Of a DNA stretch of 64,000 nucleotides, positions 52,059 to 61,200 are shown in pieces. The position numbers were made by a program, and so were the translations under genes. The notes below the pieces were generated by a model. That model was not told the DNA's origin. It worked only from the letters and a program-made list of their open reading frames with translations, and did not search any database. Each line of letters begins with the position of its first letter. Positions within the stretch are counted from its first letter, which is position 1. The DNA comes from Patescibacteria group bacterium (lineage in GTDB: Bacteria; Patescibacteriota; Microgenomatia; UBA10105; UBA927), in contig JBMOPU010000012.1 in the NCBI GenBank assembly GCA_049322955.1, positions 147,581-211,580 of the forward strand, written 5' to 3'.

Positions 52059-54311
52059 ATGCCGCTTTTTGACGTCTTCCTTGTTTTGCGTTTTTGGGGT
52101 GCGATGTTTCTCATCGGTGCCGCGGCGTTTCCCGTCACCAAACTGTTATTTCCGCATTGGCATGACCGCGGGTATCTCTTTAGCAAGGCGGTGGGTCTGA
52201 GCATCGTCACCTGGATTGTCTATATCCTGGGCCTTTCCCGTCTGTTGGAGTTTCGCGTAGAAACGATATATGCGGCGATTTCTCTGGTCTTTGCGGCGGG
52301 TATCGTCGGAACGTATCAGATGGTGACCAAAGGTACGCAGAAGGAACGTCGGAGTCCGCTGGGAGTACGCATTGTCCTCTACGAGATGTTCTTTCTCGGT
52401 GCACTGTTGTTTTGGAGTTGGATCAAAGCACATGAACCGTCTATCCGTGGGCTTGAGAAATTCATGGACTACGGATTTATGCAATCCATACTAAACAGCA
52501 GATATTTCCCGCCTGCGGATATGTGGTTTCCGCCGTACCCCATTAACTACTACTACTTCGGTCACTTGGTAACGGCACTTTTGACGAAGCTTTCGGGCTT
52601 GGAGCTTGCCTACACCTTTAATATGATGCTTGCCGCCCTTTTTGCTTTCACCCTTACCATGAGTTTTTCCATCGGCTACCAGCTTATGGAAACTACCCCT
52701 GTTTTTGCGGCAAAGAGGCGGTTCGTTCCATGGGTGGGGGGCATTGTGACGGCATTTTTGGTCACGCTTGCCGGAAATATGCAGACTATTTATGCCTTCA
52801 CGAAAGGGTATACGGGGGAAGAGGTGAAACCGTTCTGGGAATTAGCATGGGGGGTAGGCGAGTTTTTTACGAAATATCAGGAAGGAATGCAACTGTATTG
52901 GTACGCCAACGCGACACGATTTATTCCCTACACAATCCATGAGTTTCCGAGTTATTCATTCGTGGTTTCCGATGTGCACGGTCATGTGCTCTCATTGCCG
53001 TTTGTGTTGCTTGCCATCGCATTGGTGCTTTCGCTGTTCGGGAGCGGGAGCGGTGTTTCTGTAAAACGGCCGCTGGGGAGCCTTATATTTTACGGTTTTT
53101 TGCTCGGGGTGTTACTCATGACCAACGCGCTTGACGGACCTATTTACGGCGCACTTTTTGTAGCCGCTCTTTTTCTAATTTGGGTTGTTAGGACGGGAAA
53201 AATAGATACTTTTGATGGCAAACGTTTTATTTTGGAATCCATGCTTGTCATAGCAAGTGCGGGGATAAGTAGTATGCCGTTTCTTGCGCATTTTAAATCG
53301 TTTGTGAACGGCATTGCCGTCAACTGTCCGAACGGGTTGGTTGCCAACAGTAAAATCGGCCCCTTACTTTTTGAGGGAGTAGAGAAGTGTCAACGAAGTG
53401 AGCTATGGATGTTCTGGTTGTTGTGGGGATTCTTTTTCTATGTTGCCGGCGCATTTTTGATTTCTCCTTTGCTCGGGGAAAAGCGAATAAAATCAGCAAA
53501 AAGCTTATTAAAACTTGATAAAATTCACTTGTTGAGAACAGGATTTACTCATGACGAGCAGGTGCTTGTTGTCTTTATTTTTCTCTCAGTACTCCTGCTT
53601 ATTTTCCCCGAATTCTTTTACTTTAAGGATATTTATCCGCAACACTTTCGCAGTAATACCATGTTTAAGTTAGGGTATCAGGCCTTTATCATGCTGAGCA
53701 TTGTCGCGGGCTACGGCATTTGCCGGTTTGCTTTTGCCGGCAGAGCAGAGCGATTACTTGCCCGGCAGAGGATTGCCCGAAAGCTCTTTTTCCTCCTGCT
53801 TATGCCACAACTTGTGCTCGTTTCCATTTATCCGCTTTTCTCGGTGCGAAGTTATTTCGGCGGACTTGCGCGGTATGAAGGGTTGTACGGAATGACATGG
53901 TTTGCGGGTGAGTATCCCGACGACTATCAGGCGGCATTGTGGTTAAGCCAGGCAATGCAAGGTCGTGACGGGGAAACAATCCTTGAAGCGGACGGTGATA
54001 GCTATACCGACTATCAGCGATTCTCGGTCTTTACCGGAAGACCGACGCCGATCGGATGGGCAGTCCATGAATGGTTATGGCGCGGGACCTATGATGTGGT
54101 ATCTCCGCGGCGAGAAGACGTCAAAACCCTTTACGAATCTACGGACCCGACACTTACTCGAGAACTCCTCAACGCGTACAGGATTGCCTATGTGGTGGTA
54201 GGAACGCTTGAACGACAAAAATATACGGCGATGGACGAAGCAAAATGGCTGACATTCGGTACCGAGGCGTTTCGCAGTAACAATACCGTCATTTACGAGA
54301 TAGCAAAGTAA
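52059..54311 (+). CDS. DUF2298 (YYY membrane) protein
   Basis: 'EKFMDYGF', 'PPADMWF', 'INYYYFGH', 'TIHEFPSYSF...DVHGH', 'RSNTMFK', 'GWAVHEWLWRG'. Confidence 0.88.
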   Translation: MPLFDVFLVLRFWGAMFLIGAAAFPVTKLLFPHWHDRGYLFSKAVGLSIVTWIVYILGLSRLLEFRVETIYAAISLVFAAGIVGTYQMVTKGTQKERRSPLGVRIVLYEMFFLGALLFWSWIKAHEPSIRGLEKFMDYGFMQSILNSRYFPPADMWFPPYPINYYYFGHLVTALLTKLSGLELAYTFNMMLAALFAFTLTMSFSIGYQLMETTPVFAAKRRFVPWVGGIVTAFLVTLAGNMQTIYAFTKGYTGEEVKPFWELAWGVGEFFTKYQEGMQLYWYANATRFIPYTIHEFPSYSFVVSDVHGHVLSLPFVLLAIALVLSLFGSGSGVSVKRPLGSLIFYGFLLGVLLMTNALDGPIYGALFVAALFLIWVVRTGKIDTFDGKRFILESMLVIASAGISSMPFLAHFKSFVNGIAVNCPNGLVANSKIGPLLFEGVEKCQRSELWMFWLLWGFFFYVAGAFLISPLLGEKRIKSAKSLLKLDKIHLLRTGFTHDEQVLVVFIFLSVLLLIFPEFFYFKDIYPQHFRSNTMFKLGYQAFIMLSIVAGYGICRFAFAGRAERLLARQRIARKLFFLLLMPQLVLVSIYPLFSVRSYFGGLARYEGLYGMTWFAGEYPDDYQAALWLSQAMQGRDGETILEADGDSYTDYQRFSVFTGRPTPIGWAVHEWLWRGTYDVVSPRREDVKTLYESTDPTLTRELLNAYRIAYVVVGTLERQKYTAMDEAKWLTFGTEAFRSNNTVIYEIAK

Positions 54312-54497
54312 TTCTTGACAAACGGAGGCTGTTTTGGTTAAATAGGAGGAAGCATACGACTCCTCAATAGTGTCAGTCATGTTTTTCCCATGAATTCTTA
54401 CATCGAGAATCTTTGCGAATTCTTTGTTACTTATTGACATGTCGTCACCAAGTTAGTCTTATACAACAATCCATAGCTAGCCTCTATTACTATTTAT

Positions 54498-56195
54498 ATG
54501 GCGTTTAAAGCAACCCGCAAACCAACCACGAAGAAAACCAAAGCGACGGACGATGAAAAGACAATAAAAGCGCCGGTCGTTTCGGTCGCGGAGCCGGAAG
54601 AAACACCTGTTCCACAAGTGCAGACGAACCTCAGTATCGACGATTTTGTCGGTGCGCCGAGGGTTTCGGATGATATTCCCGTTCCCGCTGAACCGAAAAA
54701 TGATCCGGTACCTTTGCAACCCAAAACTCCCTATGCGGGGGCGGATAGAGGTAATTATCCTTCTTCCCAAGGAGACCGCGGACGACGGGATTTTGGTCAG
54801 AATCACGGCGGGAATCGCGGTCGCGGCAGATTTGAGCCGCGGCACCGCGGCGGGTACGGATACGACCGCGGCGGCTACGGCGGCAACCGAGATTTCCATC
54901 GAGGCGGCAACCAGGGGTTCAATCGCGATAACGGTTACCGGAGAGACGACGGCTATCGAAGAGATTTCGGCGATACCCAGTCGGCAAATGCGGGGGCGAC
55001 ATTTACTCCCGATGTCGATGTCCCGACGGAAACCGTTCGCGGCGTATTAGACACCATGCCGGACGGTCACGGCTTTTTACGGCCGAAATACACCCCGAGT
55101 GAGCGTGATGTGTATATTTCCCAGTCGCAAATTCGCCGATTCTTACTGAGAAACGGTGACTTGGTCGAAGGCCAGGCACGGCCTCCAAAGGATAATGAAC
55201 GATACTGGGGCTTATTGAAAGTCGAAAAAGTGAATGAACTTCTCGCGGAACAGATGGAAAAACGCCCGCGATTTGAAGATTTGGTGCCGGTGTATCCCAA
55301 TAAGCTGTTAAAACTTGAAACGCTTGACCGCCCGCTTTCCACCCGGATTATCGATTTACTTGCTCCCATCGGCTTCGGACAACGCGGTCTGGTGGTGAGT
55401 CCGCCGAAGGCGGGAAAAACGACTATTCTCAAAGAGCTTGCCGCAGGAATCTCCGCAAACTATCCGGAGGTGCACCTTATGGCTGTCCTTATCGGTGAAC
55501 GGCCGGAAGAAGTCACGGATATTTCGCGCTCAGTCAAAGGCGAGGTGTATGCTTCGAACTTTGACGAATCACCGGAACATCAAACCAGAGTTGCGGAAGT
55601 AGCACTTGATCGTGCAAAACGGCTTATCGAAATGGGTCATGACGTGGTGATTCTTTTGGATTCCATTACCCGGCTTGCCCGTGCTTATAACTTGGTGGTC
55701 AATCCGAGCGGCAGAACCTTAACCGGCGGATTTGATCCGGCGGCTCTGTATCCTGCCAAGAAGTTTTTGGGAGCGGCCCGTTGCAACGAACCGTTTTTGA
55801 CTCCTGAAGAACAGGCGGGAGCGGCTACCGGTGAAAAGCCGGTCGTCAAACGGGTTACCGACGGAGGCAGTCTTACGATTATCGGTACCGCGCTCGTCGA
55901 GACCGGAAGTCGCATGGATGATTTGATCTATGAAGAATTCAAGGGAACCGGCAACATGGAATTGCATCTTTCGAGATCGCTCCAGGAACGCCGCATTTTC
56001 CCGGCTATCGATGTCGGCAAATCAGGTACCCGACACGATGAATTACTCTTGGGCGAAGAAAACATGAAGCGCGTTACCACCCTTCGACATATGTTAAGTC
56101 TTCTTTCCGATGAAGAACGGACGCAGATGCTTATTGATCGGCTCGGGAAAACCAAAAATAACGCCGAATTCATCGAAAGTCTCTCGCAGGGATAA
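54498..56195 (+). CDS. rho: Transcription termination factor Rho with disordered N-terminus
   Basis: 'DGHGFLR', 'GQRG..VSPPKAGKT', 'IGERPEEVTD', 'LDSITRLARAYN', 'EEFKGTGNMEL'. Confidence 0.96.
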   Translation: MAFKATRKPTTKKTKATDDEKTIKAPVVSVAEPEETPVPQVQTNLSIDDFVGAPRVSDDIPVPAEPKNDPVPLQPKTPYAGADRGNYPSSQGDRGRRDFGQNHGGNRGRGRFEPRHRGGYGYDRGGYGGNRDFHRGGNQGFNRDNGYRRDDGYRRDFGDTQSANAGATFTPDVDVPTETVRGVLDTMPDGHGFLRPKYTPSERDVYISQSQIRRFLLRNGDLVEGQARPPKDNERYWGLLKVEKVNELLAEQMEKRPRFEDLVPVYPNKLLKLETLDRPLSTRIIDLLAPIGFGQRGLVVSPPKAGKTTILKELAAGISANYPEVHLMAVLIGERPEEVTDISRSVKGEVYASNFDESPEHQTRVAEVALDRAKRLIEMGHDVVILLDSITRLARAYNLVVNPSGRTLTGGFDPAALYPAKKFLGAARCNEPFLTPEEQAGAATGEKPVVKRVTDGGSLTIIGTALVETGSRMDDLIYEEFKGTGNMELHLSRSLQERRIFPAIDVGKSGTRHDELLLGEENMKRVTTLRHMLSLLSDEERTQMLIDRLGKTKNNAEFIESLSQG

Positions 56196-56288
56196 TTAGC
56201 CTCCGAAACGGTCGCCGCTCCATTTGTTTCCGCACTTTTTTTGTGGTACCCTTCATCTTTGCGGTGACGAAAACAGGGAGTGTTTTTC

Positions 56289-57374
56289 ATGAAGAAAAAG
56301 ATTCAATTATTGCTTGAGGATGTGCGTCTTTGGCGGCAGGGATGGTACCACTATCTGGTACGGCGTATTCGTCGTTTCGGAGCATGGTTTGAAACGAACA
56401 AAGACGTCCTGGTCGACATTTTGATGGCACGCCGAGGCGGCTATCAGCGGCCATTTTTGCATTTTTCCGTGGGCGTATTGGTGCTTGCGGCGATCATTTC
56501 GGCGCCGATTCTCGCCAATGCCTACCCCGGGGGAAGTGCACGGGCGCTTGCGGACTTCACCCCTCCTTCCGCAGTGGTGACATCGCTTGATCTTACCGAA
56601 TACGGCGTGCAGACGCAGATATCGGAAAAACCAAGGGATCAAATCATATCATACAAGGTACAAAGCGGTGATACGCTATCAACGATTGCACAAAAATTTG
56701 GCGTTTCTGTTGATAGTATTAAGTGGTCAAATGATCTAAAAAGAGACAGTTTGACCATAGGGCAGGATGTAAAAATCCCGCCGGTGACGGGTATCGTGCA
56801 TAAGGTGCGGGAAGGGGAGACCGTCTATTCGATCGCGAAAAAATACAAAACGGAATCACAAAAAATCGTGAACTTTCCGTTTAATGATTTTACGGATCTT
56901 GATACCTTTGCCCTTAGTGTAGGACAGACCCTTATCGTTCCCGATGGCGTTATGCCGGAGGCGGCTCCCATCGCTCCCGTTCGCTACTCTATATCACCGC
57001 TTGCCGCGGGAGGAAGCGGGCAATTTGCATGGCCGACCGTGGGGGCCATTACGCAGTATCCGATCTGGTACCATATGGCATTTGATATCGCAAATCCCAG
57101 TCAGCCGCCGATCACTGCGGCAGGGGATGGTACCGTCTTGTCGGTGCAATACCTGACGTACGGGTACGGGAGACACGCGATTATCGATCACGGCGACGGT
57201 TTATCGACCCTCTACGGGCACATGATCGAAATCTATGTAAAGGCGGGAGACAAAGTAAGCAGAGGGCAGGTGATAGGAAAGATGGGGTCGACGGGACGAT
57301 CCACCGGAACGCATTTGCATTTTGAGGTGCGGAGAAACGGGACGCCGGTTAATCCGACCTCCTTCCTCAAGTAA
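56289..57374 (+). CDS. LysM + M23 family metallopeptidase
   Basis: Two LysM domains ('YKVQSGDTLSTIA', 'HKVREGETVYSIA'); M23 HxxxD 'HMAFD', 'YGH', 'STGTHLHFEV'. Confidence 0.93.
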   Translation: MKKKIQLLLEDVRLWRQGWYHYLVRRIRRFGAWFETNKDVLVDILMARRGGYQRPFLHFSVGVLVLAAIISAPILANAYPGGSARALADFTPPSAVVTSLDLTEYGVQTQISEKPRDQIISYKVQSGDTLSTIAQKFGVSVDSIKWSNDLKRDSLTIGQDVKIPPVTGIVHKVREGETVYSIAKKYKTESQKIVNFPFNDFTDLDTFALSVGQTLIVPDGVMPEAAPIAPVRYSISPLAAGGSGQFAWPTVGAITQYPIWYHMAFDIANPSQPPITAAGDGTVLSVQYLTYGYGRHAIIDHGDGLSTLYGHMIEIYVKAGDKVSRGQVIGKMGSTGRSTGTHLHFEVRRNGTPVNPTSFLK

Positions 57375-57515
57375 TTGCACCACAATGGCATTTGCCTCGT
57401 GAGATGGTATAATCAAGAAGGTATTATTTGTTGCGACGGTGTGCCGTACGATCCGGATCCGTCGCAACACATTGGAGGAAAAACGTTGGGGAAAACCCTC
57501 GTTTGTCCCCAGAAC

Positions 57516-57586
57516 GGGCCCGTAGTACACCGGTAGTATATCTCCATGGCATGGAGGAGAAAGGGGTTCAATTCCCCTCGGGTCCA
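57516..57586 (+). tRNA. tRNA-Ala(GGC)
   Basis: GGGCCCG/CGGGTCC with G3:U70; anticodon arm TCTCC-AT-GGC-AT-GGAGG; T arm AGGGG-TTCAATT-CCCCT. Confidence 0.92.
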
Positions 57587-57671
57587 CCCATATAACTTTT
57601 GACGTGTGACCGTTGACTATTCACCGGAAAATATGGTTAAACGCTAAGTATTACCGGTGAACGGTTATTTC

Positions 57672-57744
57672 GGGCCTGTAGCTTAGTTGGTAGAGCGCCG
57701 CATTCGCATTGCGGAGATCAGCGGTTCGACTCCGCTCAGGTCCA
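57672..57744 (+). tRNA. tRNA-Ala(CGC)
   Basis: GGGCCTG/CAGGTCC with G3:U70; anticodon arm CCGCA-TT-CGC-AT-TGCGG; T arm AGCGG-TTCGACT-CCGCT. Confidence 0.95.
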
Positions 57745-57775
57745 CTTAAGAGGTATAACACGGGAGCAAGTCCAC

Positions 57776-57804
57776 AAAAAAAGAAGCCATTCGGCTTCTT
57801 TTTT
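57776..57804. terminator. Bidirectional intrinsic terminator
   Basis: AAAAAAAGAAGCC-attc-GGCTTCTTTTTT between convergent units. Confidence 0.8.
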
Positions 57805-57821
57805 GCTCCAACACGCCGCGA

Positions 57822-58037
57822 TTACTCTGATTCCACCTGCACACCTGCAACGGTGGGAACGCTTCCCGATTGGGTATTGAGATAGGTACCAACCACGGCA
57901 CCCAGCCCCAACATCAGGGCAAACATCACGAGCAACATCCAGCTTCGTACAACGACCAGATAGCCTTCCTTCACCCGCGGTGCACGGACTGCTTTATTGA
58001 CACGATGCGCTTTGCGCGAAACGATTTTTTTCTTCAT
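57822..58037 (-). CDS. Small single-TM hypothetical protein
   Basis: Basic N-terminus, TM 'WMLLVMFALMLGLGAVVG'; minus-strand TTGACA upstream. Confidence 0.6.
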   Translation of the reverse strand: MKKKIVSRKAHRVNKAVRAPRVKEGYLVVVRSWMLLVMFALMLGLGAVVGTYLNTQSGSVPTVAGVQVESE

Positions 58038-58269
58038 AGGATATGGTTTTAGTTTGGGGAGAAAAAAAGCATTTGTCAATACCCAAACCAGGCTATTGAC
58101 ACCATATATGATATCTCATCATAGTAATAATAGACACCCGGTGGAAATCGACGTCGTGATGCATACCATGGCGTCGGGTTAGGGACATCGGGTGGCTCTT
58201 TGATGCAACGTGGGTTTATTTAACAAACGGAATCTTGACAGCACTATTTCTTCTTCTGCCCGCCGGGAT

Positions 58270-61200
58270 GTGTCATTAGCCACCAAGCTGTTCCACTTTT
58301 TTATAGATTGTCATAGACAGAGAAAATGGTCTCATTTTTATGAGACAAACGGATTCGCCCAAATATTGCCGCTGGTGCTGTTGATGTTGTTTGCGGGAAG
58401 CACATTTTTCATCATTGCCAGAGTCCAAAAAGAACGAACCGGCGAAATCCGGCAATTTGCGCAAAGCGGCGCGTATGCGTCGCCGACCGCCAAGACCACG
58501 GCAACGCCGAAAGTCACGCCATCCGTCACGATTTCTCCGACTCCCAAACCTGATCCGTGCCGATATCTGACCGGTACCGCACTTTCTTCCTGCAGAAGCG
58601 TCAATCCCTTGCCGTCGGCAACCCGTACGCCGACGAAATCTCCGACACCGACAAAAACGGTAACCCCCGTAGTGACGACGCGGGTATATACCAGCATGAC
58701 GGCGAGTGAATGTAGCGGGAGGCGCGGCACCTATAATCCGACTACGAGGACCTGTACGATATCGGTGACGCCCATTCCCACGATTAAGGTCAATTCGTCC
58801 TCATCGCAGTTGGTGTACGTGCTCAACAAGCAGACCGGCGGGTGTTCTCCACGGTTAGGAAGTGCCGTAAAATCTACTGATGAAACATATCAGAGTAGTG
58901 CATTGTGTGTCACCGCATCATGGAATCAGGGTATCGCCCAGGGAGCCGCCTCACCAAAAGCGAATACAACTATTCCGCCAAAACTCGCTTCCGGACAATC
59001 GTCGGGTGCTCCGGTGCCCCCTCCGGGAACCGGCATCGGGGTAGGGGCGGGAGTCGGTTTTGAAATTCCCATCACCTTTACGGCATCAGTCGTCAATTGG
59101 TTCCAGAATACTTTTGGGAAAGGAACCACGCCGACTCCGTCGCCGCTTGCTACAGGAACCACCCCCCGCGTAACGCCGAAGCCGACCATCGCACCGGGAC
59201 AAGATTGCTTTCCTAACTGTAAAGAACTATGTCAATATGGATCGAGTGGCATCTTTGGATGGGCGAAATGCGATGCAAAACCGACCGATACACCGAAGCC
59301 GGTTGCCAAATCCGGCACAACGCCGACGGTTACTCCAAAGCCGACGCTCAAGCCGGGTGCCGACTGTACGATTTGGGGTGGAGAAAACGGTTGCGGCAAT
59401 TGCCCGGGTGGGAAGTGGAAACCGGGGCTCAATGCCGTTTGTGAGTCTGCCGCTCCGGCATCGACGCCTCCCAAAACCCCCGCGACCACCGTAACCACGG
59501 CACCGGTTGCCGCGGTCGTACAACCGACGGTTACTCCGATTATTCCGACCGTGACGATTAAACCCGCCTCAACAATCACGCCATCGCCGAGTGCCAAGCC
59601 GAAGCCGAAGGTTTCGTGCGGCGGGGCAGGGGATGTTCCCATCAGTGAGGGAAGTGTGGCGACGGGCGAACAATACGGACCGGCGACGGCAATGAATGAT
59701 AATCAGCGATGGCGATGTGTCCCTGATCCCAAGAATCCGAATGTAGGGAAATGGGAGCAGTGTCCCGGCTGTCCGCTTACCGTTATTTCTTCCAGTGCGA
59801 ATCTTGCTGAGGAGTATAAAAAGGAATCGGCGGCGTTTGCCGAAACGGTCAATAAAATGGCCGCCGATGTCTATGCCTGCGGAACCTCGGCTTCCTGTAA
59901 AAATGAGGTCTATGCCAAATACGGCGTAAGCGCAGAGTCCCAGGCTTACCAGGACATGGCGAAGAACCAGGTGACGGAACAGGTGAAACTCTATCAAAGT
60001 CAGGATACCTATTTTGAGAACCGCGAAAAATGGGATCTGTGTAAGGCTCAGCAGGCAAATGATGCGAATTGTGAAGGCTACATCCAAGCGGCGAATAACG
60101 CGCTCGCCGCCGCAGGACTTGATCCCGTCGCGACCGCCGCCCAACTCGAATTAACCTATCACAACTATGTGGTGAACAAGGCATCCAGTCTTTACCTCAT
60201 GGCCGAAAGCGCGTACGCGTCATGCGTGGAGGATAAAAAAACAAATTCCGGTCTTGATTGTTCAGGGCTCCAAAAAAATGCCGCCGCCGCCTTAGCGTAC
60301 CCCGGGACTACGGCGGCTGACCAGGCATCTATATCCAAGTTATACAAAGATTATAAAACAGCATCAGATTATGTGTATCAGTCCAATCAGGAAATCTGCG
60401 GTACGTGTACCCCGGCGCAAGCCAACGCCTTACGTCAACAACATCTTGCGGCATCAGGACTTTCCGATTCCTATCAGGCGGGATTGTTGGAGGGGTGGCA
60501 ATCACAAATCGTGAACCTGGTGAAGGGGAACGGTCCCGGGAGCGAAATGGCAATCTGTAAAGAAGTGATAGGGACGTCGGCGTGTAATAGTTTGGAATCC
60601 GCCCGAACCGCCCTCAAAGGCGCGGTATCACTTGCTCAGCAGACCGAATTACAGGCACGTTTCGCCCAAAACGATGTTGCAGTCACCAGTGGGACGGGTT
60701 CTATTGCCATGGGAAATCCCGGAAGTGCCTATGCCGATGCGCTGTCCGCATACAAGGCGGAACAAATCAAAGGAGGGGATTATGCCGACCGGATCAAAAC
60801 CGAGGAACAATGGGAAAAAGAATTCGATGCCTATCAGCAAGGCATATGGGAAGAACTAAAGCCTATTTATGCCGCGCAAGGGAAAGACGCATTGATCGAA
60901 GCGAAAATCGCACAGGGACTGCTGGTTCCGTCGGAAATAAAAGAGGAGTATTTCAGCACGTACCCGCAGTGGGTGTACGACATGCAACCGGGATGGGAGA
61001 ATTTTTGGAACAGCGTTAAAAAACCGTTTGTTTCCGAAAACTCTGATATTGCGAAATACCAGGCACAGGGACAGACAGAAATGTTATCGCTTAATCCGGC
61101 AAATCAGGCCGCCGTATTTGCACAGGTCAACTCCTCCGATGCCTATAAAGATTGGCTCAAGACCGCGGAAATTGATAAAACCATCCCTCCGGAAGAGCAA

